From IMG/VR virus record IMGVR_UViG_3300031867_000276, positions 1-35,477 of that record: a DNA stretch of 35,477 nucleotides, one strand, 5' to 3'. Shown here piece after piece: positions 26,848 to 33,926 of the stretch. Origin of the DNA: a virus. The translations under genes and the position numbers were made by a program. Numbering within the stretch: position 1 is the first letter of the stretch; each line of letters opens with the position of its first letter. A model generated the notes under the pieces. It did not search any database and was not told where the DNA came from. It was given only the letters and a program-made list of their open reading frames with translations.

Positions 26848-27216
26848 TTATCCGACATCTTTTTTCTCGACAGCCTGCGGCTGTTGGTAACTGTCAAGGA
26901 TGCGAACGAGCCTGTCAATCGTTGCATCCTTTTTCTTCGATTCCAACTCCAGTTCCGCAATCCGTTCTTTGAGTTGTGCGACCTCTGTATTGGAGTTTGC
27001 CGAAAGCATAGTACCCTCGCCAGTAACAAGCCACGAGCGACTGACTTCCGGGAATACAGACAGGATGGTTTCGATTACTGCTTTCCCTACATTTTCATTT
27101 CCACACAAACCACTCGTGTATGTGTGTGATTTTCCGAGCATATCTGCGAACTTTTTGTTGTTGTTTTCGCAAAAATACGCCCGAATTTCTGAAATTCTTT
27201 GGTTGATTTCTGCCAT
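26848..27216 (-). CDS. CI-like repressor (HTH)
   Basis: FADMLGKSHTYTSGLCG ... SRSWLVTGEGTM matches the phage CI repressor HTH pattern (WL.TGEG.M). It has a coiled-coil C-terminus and faces the early operon divergently. Confidence 0.75.
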   Translation of the reverse strand: MAEINQRISEIRAYFCENNNKKFADMLGKSHTYTSGLCGNENVGKAVIETILSVFPEVSRSWLVTGEGTMLSANSNTEVAQLKERIAELELESKKKDATIDRLVRILDSYQQPQAVEKKDVG

Positions 27217-27401
27217 TTTTCGAACTATTTAAGGATTATACTGAATTTATTTTAAAATTTATTTACCTATATTTCAGCAAAATACCGATTTTGTACGAAA
27301 ATTTTAAAAAAAAAGTTTGGTACATTCAGAAATTTGCTTACTTTTGTACTCGATTTTGAAACCAATGCAAAAATAAGTAAAAAATTTAAAACAGCAGAAT
27401 T
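27217..27401. promoter_or_regulatory. Divergent lysogeny/early control region
   Basis: AT-rich 185 nt between the repressor and the first early gene. Contains TTT(T)GTAC/TTTGGTAC repeats at 27289, 27316 and 27342, and a TACTTTTG match (27339-27346) to the Bacteroides -7 consensus TAnnTTTG. Confidence 0.6.
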
Positions 27402-27635
27402 ATGACAAATTTGAACTACACAACAAAGGAAATCAACAGCAACTTCAAGATTAAAGTTGCAGGTGTTGATGAGAATGGAAACCACATTAACACACTGGTT
27501 GGTGTTAGTGGTGCAATCTCCCTGATAGGTATTGATATATTCAACAGACTGCTCGACCGTGCTTTCTACAGCACCGGGGATTGCTGCTACTGCAAACTCC
27601 GCAGGGGTATCAAATTCAGTTTCTACGCTTATTAA
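27402..27635 (+). CDS. First early gene, hypothetical
   Basis: 77-aa ORF. Confidence 0.55.
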   Translation: MTNLNYTTKEINSNFKIKVAGVDENGNHINTLVGVSGAISLIGIDIFNRLLDRAFYSTGDCCYCKLRRGIKFSFYAY

Positions 27636-27658
27636 TTAATCCTTAAATATCCTGAACA

Positions 27659-27859
27659 ATGAAAACAACAATCAAAGTTTATGTTCCGAGTTGCAGTGAA
27701 TGGTTTACAGCCGCAACAATCAACTTTCTCCCAATGCCACAAATGCTTGACATCATAGTTGATAAGATTGTGGATGCTTACTGCGAAGATTCAATGGCTG
27801 GAGTATCAAAAGCCAAAGTTATTGTTGATGGGAAAGTCTATAAAACCATCGAGTATTAA
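27659..27859 (+). CDS. Hypothetical protein
   Basis: 66-aa ORF. Confidence 0.5.
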   Translation: MKTTIKVYVPSCSEWFTAATINFLPMPQMLDIIVDKIVDAYCEDSMAGVSKAKVIVDGKVYKTIEY

Positions 27860-27906
27860 CCCATAAACACTGCATCAATATGAAAACAAAGAGGATGCAA
27901 TACAAC

Positions 27907-27960
27907 AGGGGTGGCATAGCAGCACGGCAGACCGTTCAGGTGCGAATCCTGACACTCCAC
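27907..27960 (+). other. Degenerate tRNA-like remnant (T-arm plus acceptor-like stem only)
   Basis: T-arm tcagg-tgcgaat-cctga. The 3' cactcc pairs with the 5' ggggtg. Only 22 nt lie between them, so there is no D arm or anticodon arm. Confidence 0.3.
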
Positions 27961-27991
27961 AACTTTATTAACCAATCAAAAATCAAAGACA

Positions 27992-28435
27992 ATGAACGAA
28001 AATCAAATCAACAACGAGCCTGTAAGCGTCCACAGAGACGAGAACGGCAACCCTGATGGGGTATTGGTGCAGACACTTGACGAACGCTTTGTAATCGAGT
28101 TGCACGACATTGACGATGGTAAAGACGATTTCAGTTTTGACACCGCACAAGAGCGACTGAAAGAACTCGGTAAAACCACATTCAACAAAAAGCAGGGTTT
28201 GATACTGGCTGCATACATCGAGGAAATCAACACAGCGCTTGTCGAAGCAGGTGGCGAACCCTTTGCCAAAGACTTGTACACATCCGGGGAACTGTACAAA
28301 CCTGTTGGGTGCGCTGACTACTACGGCAACGCCTCGTGGTGCTTCCACGGCGCCGGCGGCTGTTTCGACTACGACGACCGCTACGACGGTGACTTCCGCT
28401 GTCGTCCTGTCCTCGCTTTGCCTTTACAAAGTTAA
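27992..28435 (+). CDS. DGR target protein 2: small (147 aa) variable protein, paralog of 31726..32166
   Basis: The C-terminal CADYYGNASWCFHGAGGCFDYDDRYDGDFRCRPVL is encoded by VR2. No signal peptide or TM segment is visible. Confidence 0.85.
   Translation: MNENQINNEPVSVHRDENGNPDGVLVQTLDERFVIELHDIDDGKDDFSFDTAQERLKELGKTTFNKKQGLILAAYIEEINTALVEAGGEPFAKDLYTSGELYKPVGCADYYGNASWCFHGAGGCFDYDDRYDGDFRCRPVLALPLQS
28309..28416 (+). repeat. DGR variable repeat VR2
   Basis: Gap-free 108-nt alignment to TR 13117-13224. There are 15 mismatches (10 A>G, 3 A>C, 2 A>T), all at TR adenines. Confidence 0.9.
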
Positions 28436-28448
28436 ATAGTTAAACGTT

Positions 28449-28472
28449 GCAGCCTGCTTTCGGGCAGGCTGC
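28449..28472 (+). other. GC-rich hairpin downstream of VR2
   Basis: gcagcctgc / gcaggctgc forms a perfect 9-bp stem with a 6-nt loop, about 32 nt after the VR2 end. Confidence 0.6.
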
Positions 28473-28489
28473 ATTAAAACAAATCAGCA

Positions 28490-28834
28490 ATGGACAACAG
28501 ATTACCACAAGCACGGGAACGCAGTTTTACAATCCCAAATCAATTAATTATGGAACATTCAGAATATGTAATCAGGATTGCCGAGATTGAGCAGCGGCAA
28601 GTCGCACGGAAGAGGGCAAAAGAGAACTTTCACAGGAACGCAAACAAAGTCTATCAAAACAGGCTGGCAGCAGCAAAAGCAGAGTACGACCACCAACTGG
28701 ACGATTACAACATTAGGTACAGAGCCGAGCAGGATGCAGACGAGCAACTGAAACTGCAAACCAAAATCGAATACCTGAAATCCAAAGAAGCAGCGGAAAA
28801 GGCTGTTGAAATGGGGGGGGGTATAAACCCATAG
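28490..28834 (+). CDS. Hypothetical coiled-coil protein
   Basis: 114-aa ORF with a G9 tract at 28813-28821, near its 3' end. Confidence 0.55.
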   Translation: MDNRLPQARERSFTIPNQLIMEHSEYVIRIAEIEQRQVARKRAKENFHRNANKVYQNRLAAAKAEYDHQLDDYNIRYRAEQDADEQLKLQTKIEYLKSKEAAEKAVEMGGGINP

Positions 28835-28855
28835 GCAAACACCTCGGATGGAACA

Positions 28856-28939
28856 ACCCCTGTAGCACGGTGGCAAGTGCGGCGTAGCAGTCCAACCAGT
28901 CAATACGCAAGTTCACAGGTTCGAATCCTGTCAGGGGTG
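28856..28939 (+). ncRNA. tRNA-like element with canonical acceptor, D and T arms but a 17-nt anticodon loop
   Basis: Acceptor acccctg/caggggt (7 bp). TA at positions 8-9. D arm gcac-ggtggcaa-gtgc. Stem gcgta/tacgc enclosing gcagtccaaccagtcaa. T arm acagg-ttcgaat-cctgt. No CCA is encoded. Confidence 0.45.
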
Positions 28940-28969
28940 CAAGTATTAACCAATTAAAACCATTCAACA

Positions 28970-29140
28970 ATGAGAACAATAGTATTTCTTTACAGCAACA
29001 AACAACAGATGGTGTTTACTGCCGAGGGCATCACGGAACTTGACACCGCCATTGGCATTGCCCGTGAGAATATGCCGCAGGGTGCAAACAGTTTCTGTAT
29101 TGTATGCGGAAAAGGCACAAGAAGCCACTGGATGCGCTAA
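28970..29140 (+). CDS. Hypothetical small protein (56 aa, MRTIVFLYSNKQQ...)
   Basis: Below the ORF-track size cutoff; translated by hand. Preceded by ATTAACCA at -18. Preferred over the antisense ORF 28964..29254. Confidence 0.4.
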   Translation: MRTIVFLYSNKQQMVFTAEGITELDTAIGIARENMPQGANSFCIVCGKGTRSHWMR

Positions 29141-29216
29141 CAGCAGGTGGCGTGGGTAAGTGTACCAAGTTTCAGAGAATGTCAAAATACGGCGAAATTC
29201 GACAAAAATAACTGAT

Positions 29217-29363
29217 ATGAACAACCGAGAATCAAAATGTAAATACTGCATCAATGCTTTTCAGGCAAAGCGTGGATACGTGGTCGAGCATTGCTGCAGC
29301 GCAATGGGGGGGGGCTTGCGTCCTTACCGAGTTGTGAAATGTAACAAATACAGAGTAAAATGA
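29217..29363 (+). CDS. Small Cys-rich protein
   Basis: ORF 29160..29363 trimmed to ATG 29217 (MNNRESKCKYC...). Contains a G9 tract at 29306-29314. Confidence 0.4.
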   Translation: MNNRESKCKYCINAFQAKRGYVVEHCCSAMGGGLRPYRVVKCNKYRVK

Positions 29364-29560
29364 ACGTAACGAAAACCAACAGACAGATTAAACGTGACGA
29401 GTTGGCGGCAAAGGCTTACAAACTCTATAAGAAAGCACTCGAAAAAGGATTGACCAATCAACAGGCAATAGACGAGGCACGATTCAATCCTGCTATCAGG
29501 GTAAGCGACCGCACAATGCGTACTTACATCCAATTAATGGAGAGCGAAAACAATGACTGA
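29360..29560 (+). CDS. Small basic putative DNA-binding protein
   Basis: 66-aa ORF, ATGA-coupled. Confidence 0.5.
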   Translation: MNVTKTNRQIKRDELAAKAYKLYKKALEKGLTNQQAIDEARFNPAIRVSDRTMRTYIQLMESENND

Positions 29561-29852
29561 ATCAACATTGATAGGTATAACGAAAGAGCAGTTGGCGCAA
29601 CTGGTCGAGGATGCAGCACGGAGAGGTTACGAAGCAGCAAGGCGTGATTTGGAACAGTCCGAATGGCTTACATCCCGAAAAGAAATATGCCGTTTCCTGT
29701 CGCCTGAAAAACCTATCAGCGAAGCAACATTCAACCGCAACAGGGCAAAAGGTATGTATGGCGAAGCCATCATTGGCATTGGCGCAAGGTGCAAAGCAAA
29801 GAAAGATGAACTGTTGCAAGCAATACAACGATACCAATTATTAACCATCTAA
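29553..29852 (+). CDS. HTH protein, excisionase-like (HTH_17-type pattern)
   Basis: WLTSRKEICRFLSPEKPISEATFNRNRAKG ... KDELLQAI resembles excisionase-family DNA-binding domains. Weak. Confidence 0.4.
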   Translation: MTESTLIGITKEQLAQLVEDAARRGYEAARRDLEQSEWLTSRKEICRFLSPEKPISEATFNRNRAKGMYGEAIIGIGARCKAKKDELLQAIQRYQLLTI

Positions 29853-29865
29853 TACAAATCACACA

Positions 29866-30741
29866 ATGAGTAATCAAACAAGTAACCTGCCAGCGTTGCA
29901 GGAAAGTAAGAACGAGTTCGCAATGGCTCTTACCGATGCCATCCAACTCGACATCGTAAACAATGTGGCAGGGGCGTTCGATGCCGCTATCATAGTGGCA
30001 CGGCTCGAAGCAGTACTGACCGATGAAGTTATGGAAGCGGTATTTATGCCGTTGATGAACAAAAAAATCGGTTTCCTGACTGACCACGACCCGAACCGCC
30101 CTCGCAATGGTGTAACCCCGAAACCGTACCCAGTCAGTGTTGTACGTACCTGTATCATTGACGCAGCGAGTATGGGTTTGCGTCCAACAGGCAACCAGTT
30201 CAACATCATTGCCGAAAGAATGTACCCAACGAAAGAGGGTTTTTCGGCACTGTTGAAAAACTACAGTGTGCAGCACGATTTGAAGTACATCTTTCAATTC
30301 GACAGTGGCGCACAACCTCAATCAACGCCCGAATGGGAATATATACCCTGCGTCATTAACTACCAGTTGAACGGAGAGACGCAGAAACCGTTCAAGTATG
30401 TTGCATCGGTCAATAAGAAAAACGGTGCCAATGTCGACCAAATGAGGGGCAAAGCAGAAAGAAAATGCAAAAGGGCGTTTTATGAGTATCTGACCGGGAA
30501 CGATCTCGGCGATGCAGATGCCGACACGGTGGATGTGACCTATGCCGAAGTGAAACCCACAGCGACCGCCAAGAGCGCAGCACAGAGGGCAAAGGAAGCA
30601 ATGGAAAAGGCGAGAGCCAAACGTGAAGCAGCCGAGGAAAAAACGACCGCAGCGGCAGGAATCCAACCCAACATCAACTTTGATGAAATGACGGACGAGG
30701 AAATTGAACGTCTGACCAACGGAGAGGGGGTTGAGCAATGA
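29866..30741 (+). CDS. recT: RecT-like single-strand annealing protein
   Basis: IIDAASMGLRPTGNQFNIIAERMYPTKEGF pattern. Paired with the downstream exonuclease. Confidence 0.6.
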   Translation: MSNQTSNLPALQESKNEFAMALTDAIQLDIVNNVAGAFDAAIIVARLEAVLTDEVMEAVFMPLMNKKIGFLTDHDPNRPRNGVTPKPYPVSVVRTCIIDAASMGLRPTGNQFNIIAERMYPTKEGFSALLKNYSVQHDLKYIFQFDSGAQPQSTPEWEYIPCVINYQLNGETQKPFKYVASVNKKNGANVDQMRGKAERKCKRAFYEYLTGNDLGDADADTVDVTYAEVKPTATAKSAAQRAKEAMEKARAKREAAEEKTTAAAGIQPNINFDEMTDEEIERLTNGEGVEQ

Positions 30742-31715
30742 AAGTCATACGGTACGATTGCAAGACCAATCAGGAGTGGCGAGCAGAACGCTCGCACTCC
30801 ATTGGTGCAAGTTCAATTGGAATCCTGATTGGTGCAAACCAGTACACAACCCCGATGGAACTGGCTGTAAAGATGCGTAAAGAACTGGAAGGCGATTTCG
30901 ACTACACGCAGACACTGGCAATGATGAGAGGACACGCCTACGAGCAGGGAGTTGCAGACCTGTTCAGTTGGAAAACAGGCAAAGAGGTAATCAAATCGAG
31001 CAGTCGTGAGTTTCTTTTGAGACGTGACGACATACCATTTATGCACGCCAGTCCGGACAGAACGTATTGGATTGATGCAGATGGCACAAAGCACGGAAAA
31101 AACGCTGCAGCGAACAAAGGTGTATTGGAGTGCAAAACCACTCGCAGACTTATCGACCCTGACGATTTGCCGCTATCGTGGCAGTTTCAGTTACAGGTGC
31201 AGATGGGTATTGGCGGATTCAGTGAGGGTTTTATTGCGTGGGATGTACTGACCTCGACAGATGGTTTCGGTTACAAGTATTTCCAGTTTGACGAGGACTT
31301 GTTTAATACCGCTGTGGAGTTGTGCAGGGATTTTTGGGAAAACACCATTGTTGGCGGCAACGACCCCGAACCTGTCAATGCTGCCGACCTGCTACGAAAA
31401 TACCCTAATAGCATTGAGGGTAAGACCATCACGGCAGACGGGGAAACGAAACAACTTGTTTCCGAGATTAAAGAAATGCAATCCACAGCCAAAGAACTTG
31501 ACAACGAGATTGACGAGTTGAAAAAGAAACTCGTTATGAAGTTTACGGATGAGGAAGCGATAATCGATGATGAGACGGGCAAACCCATTGTGACCTACAA
31601 AACAAAGTCAGGTGCAATGCGTGTGGATTCCAAGAAACTCAAAGCAGACTATCCCGATGTATATGCTGCGGTCGCCAAGCAGGGAGAAAGCACACGGACA
31701 TTATTAATCAAATAA
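30738..31715 (+). CDS. YqaJ/lambda-exonuclease-like PD-(D/E)xK recombination exonuclease
   Basis: EWRAERSHSIGASSIG ... GHAYE ... ASPDR ... LECKT motifs. Confidence 0.8.
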   Translation: MKVIRYDCKTNQEWRAERSHSIGASSIGILIGANQYTTPMELAVKMRKELEGDFDYTQTLAMMRGHAYEQGVADLFSWKTGKEVIKSSSREFLLRRDDIPFMHASPDRTYWIDADGTKHGKNAAANKGVLECKTTRRLIDPDDLPLSWQFQLQVQMGIGGFSEGFIAWDVLTSTDGFGYKYFQFDEDLFNTAVELCRDFWENTIVGGNDPEPVNAADLLRKYPNSIEGKTITADGETKQLVSEIKEMQSTAKELDNEIDELKKKLVMKFTDEEAIIDDETGKPIVTYKTKSGAMRVDSKKLKADYPDVYAAVAKQGESTRTLLIK

Positions 31716-31725
31716 ATCAGGAATT

Positions 31726-32166
31726 ATGAACAACAATAATCAGGATGCAGTAATCAGCATCATAACAGATAACAACAACCATAAATGGGTTAGGGTTGAA
31801 GCATTGGGCGAAGACTTCTGCATTGCCACAGAGGACTTGAATAGCCGAGACGATATGACCTATGATGAAGCGATGAAAGAGTTGAAAGAAGTTGGATTGG
31901 ACACTTTCAACCGCAAGCAAGGATTCATCATTGCCATCTACATTGAGACAATCAATGCCAAATTAAAAGAAGCAGGCGGAAAGGAATTTGAGCGTGACTG
32001 GTATACAAGTAATGAATTGTGGAAGCCTGTCGGGTGCGCTGACTACAGCGACGGCTACTACTCGTGGTTCTTCTACGGCGGCAGCGGCTGTTTCAACTAC
32101 GACGCCCGCTGCGGCGGTTACTTCCGCTGTCGTCCTGTCCTCGCTTACGCCTCCTTAAAGTTTTAA
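31726..32166 (+). CDS. DGR target protein 3: small (146 aa) variable protein, paralog of 27992..28435
   Basis: Shares TFN(K/R)KQG.I.A.YIE.IN..L.EAGG..F....YTS.EL.KPVGCADY with target 2. The C-terminus is encoded by VR3. Confidence 0.85.
   Translation: MNNNNQDAVISIITDNNNHKWVRVEALGEDFCIATEDLNSRDDMTYDEAMKELKEVGLDTFNRKQGFIIAIYIETINAKLKEAGGKEFERDWYTSNELWKPVGCADYSDGYYSWFFYGGSGCFNYDARCGGYFRCRPVLAYASLKF
32034..32144 (+). repeat. DGR variable repeat VR3 (one codon longer than TR)
   Basis: 111 nt versus 108 nt of TR 13117-13224. There are 16 substitutions, all at TR adenines, plus a 3-nt in-frame insertion in the tac-aac-ggc-aac-aac segment. Confidence 0.85.
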
Positions 32167-32183
32167 TCTTTTTACCTTTTAAA

Positions 32184-32402
32184 ATGGCAACAGGTCAAAT
32201 CAGCAACAAACAAAAGGTGGTCCGGGTGTATTGCTCGGACTGCCGCTGGTTTGTCCGTGACACCGAGGGAAACAGTTTTAAGTCAGGCACAAATCCGAGA
32301 TACTATTTTATGGGCGAATGTTCAAAGGGGTTGCACCCTGATACTATCATAAAGCAGTTCGCCGACAAACCAAGAATCTGTCAAACCTATAGTGAGAAAT
32401 GA
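32184..32402 (+). CDS. Small Cys-containing protein
   Basis: ORF 32064..32402 trimmed to ATG 32184 (MATGQISNKQK...), because the upstream part overlaps VR3 out of frame. Confidence 0.5.
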   Translation: MATGQISNKQKVVRVYCSDCRWFVRDTEGNSFKSGTNPRYYFMGECSKGLHPDTIIKQFADKPRICQTYSEK

Positions 32403-33277
32403 GATTTTTCTTCGATACAAACGAGAGTGACCGACTGGGTTTGTCAGGGGTTGATGAAAAGATATACTTTTTCATCAAATCCTACGGCAACGAAGGTGTA
32501 AATATGGGTATAAAGAAAATGTCGGAAAAGTTTATTAAAGAGAGTATATCGACAGTCCAAAGAGGCTTAAACAGACTGATTAATCGTGGTTTGGTTATAT
32601 GCTCAAAATCCGACTACATAATCAATGGTGGAATGGTAAATCATTACTGCGTACCGCAGGTCAAAATGAACGAGGGGGATAGTTCAAAACGAACAAAGGG
32701 TACTATCAAAATGAACGAGGGGGATAGTTCAAAACGAACAAAGGGTACTATCAAAATGAACGAGGGGGATAGTTCAAAACGAACAAAGGGTACTATCAAA
32801 ATGAACGAGGGTACACCTTATAATAATACAAACAATATACAAACAAACTCTACAAACAATATACAAAGGGGTAACGCCACCGCAGAAATTATTTCGATTT
32901 CAGAATTGGTTTTGATTAAGTGGAACGAGCATTACACACAGCATTTCAATACTGGATATGTACCCGACTACCGCAGTCTGACCAACGACAAAGATTTGAT
33001 TTCCGATGCGGTCAAAAATAAGATGCAGGATTTCAAAAAAAATCCGGACAACGTAGATGAAGCAGCCGAATTCATTCAGGCAATGTTTGAAGCAATGTTT
33101 TCCGCTGCCGACAAATGGCAAAAGGAACACTGGACGCTGCACACTGTAGCAACACAATTCAATCAATTATACAACGCAATAATCAACAGAAAGAATGGAA
33201 ACAACAACAGCAATAACAACGGTGGAATCACGGACGATTACATTGCAAGAAAGATGCGAGAGGCTGGATTGCTATAA
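32399..33277 (+). CDS. Replication initiator-like protein (winged-helix N-terminus, internal iterons)
   Basis: ISTVQRGLNRLINRGLVI is an HTH-like segment. Three perfect 45-bp repeats encode (KMNEGDSSKRTKGTI)x3. Lies in the replication module. Confidence 0.55.
   Translation: MRFFFDTNESDRLGLSGVDEKIYFFIKSYGNEGVNMGIKKMSEKFIKESISTVQRGLNRLINRGLVICSKSDYIINGGMVNHYCVPQVKMNEGDSSKRTKGTIKMNEGDSSKRTKGTIKMNEGDSSKRTKGTIKMNEGTPYNNTNNIQTNSTNNIQRGNATAEIISISELVLIKWNEHYTQHFNTGYVPDYRSLTNDKDLISDAVKNKMQDFKKNPDNVDEAAEFIQAMFEAMFSAADKWQKEHWTLHTVATQFNQLYNAIINRKNGNNNSNNNGGITDDYIARKMREAGLL
32661..32811 (+). repeat. Tandem 45-bp direct repeats (3 perfect copies plus a 16-nt partial): candidate origin iterons
   Basis: The unit tcaaaatgaacgagggggatagttcaaaacgaacaaagggtacta occurs at 32661, 32706 and 32751, with a partial copy at 32796. 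Confidence 0.9.
32827..32867 (+). repeat. Two 17-bp direct repeats (tacaaacaatatacaaa) in an AT-rich stretch next to the iterons
   Basis: Copies at 32827-32843 and 32851-32867. Confidence 0.8.
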
Positions 33278-33305
33278 CCCTGCCGCCATCGGAAAGACCT
33301 TTGCA

Positions 33306-33926
33306 ATGGTCAAGACGATGAAAGATTGTTTGGCGATTCAGGATTCAGGCGAACCAGTATTGAGGGCAATAGCAAAGCAGGGAGAAACGGAGAGTGTGAA
33401 ACTGTCTGCAATGATAGCGTTGAACATTGCCGCAGTCGATAGGTTTCTCCATTTGAAAAACCCATTGAACGAAGATGAAATTGATTTCATCGCCGAGCAG
33501 ATTGTGAACGAGTTCGGGTGTGCAATGACAATGGCAGACATCTACATTGTGCTGCGCAATGCAAAAGCAGGGAAATATGGCAAATTCTACGAGAGATTGT
33601 CCGCACCTGATGTGTTGAACTGGTTCCGGGAATACTACGACAACAGACTGGATGCGGCATACGAATACAACCTGACTAAAGACAAACAGCAATATTCGGG
33701 CAATGGCAACGGCGATGATGTATTGAGGGGTTTGGGATATACATTAGATAAGGATGGGCGGAACGTGCGTGATGAGGACGGGCACAATGTAATCAACAAA
33801 GAACAGGTTGAAAAGAACGAAGCAGCACGGAAAGCACAGGAACAGAACGACCCTCGCAGGACCGATGAGGAATACAGGAAATTCAAAGCAGCGTACTATG
33901 GCAACAAAACAAACAAATATATCTAA
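33306..33926 (+). CDS. Replication-module protein of unknown function
   Basis: ORF 33195..33926 trimmed to the first ATG (33306) after the upstream stop. Confidence 0.5.
   Translation: MVKTMKDCLAIQDSGEPVLRAIAKQGETESVKLSAMIALNIAAVDRFLHLKNPLNEDEIDFIAEQIVNEFGCAMTMADIYIVLRNAKAGKYGKFYERLSAPDVLNWFREYYDNRLDAAYEYNLTKDKQQYSGNGNGDDVLRGLGYTLDKDGRNVRDEDGHNVINKEQVEKNEAARKAQEQNDPRRTDEEYRKFKAAYYGNKTNKYI

Noticed and set aside
27907-27960. Possible bona fide tRNA gene.
   Set aside because: Only a T-arm and an acceptor-like stem can be drawn in 54 nt. There is no D or anticodon arm, and the T-loop reads TGCGAAT. It is kept only as a tRNA-like remnant.
27880-28059. 59-aa + strand ORF (MKTKRMQYNRGG...) starting 18 nt after an ATTAACCC motif.
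   Set aside because: It overlaps the start of DGR target 2 out of frame and covers the tRNA-like remnant. Its product is highly basic and low-complexity. It cannot be excluded, but nothing supports it.
28964-29254. 96-aa - strand ORF in the early region.
   Set aside because: It is antisense to two short + strand ORFs (28970..29140 and 29217..29363) that fit the operon direction and motif spacing. No promoter or partner genes lie on the - strand here.
32661-32811. Regularly spaced identical repeats, considered as a CRISPR array.
   Set aside because: The units are directly tandem with no spacers and lie in frame inside a replication gene. They are iterons or a coding repeat, not a CRISPR array.
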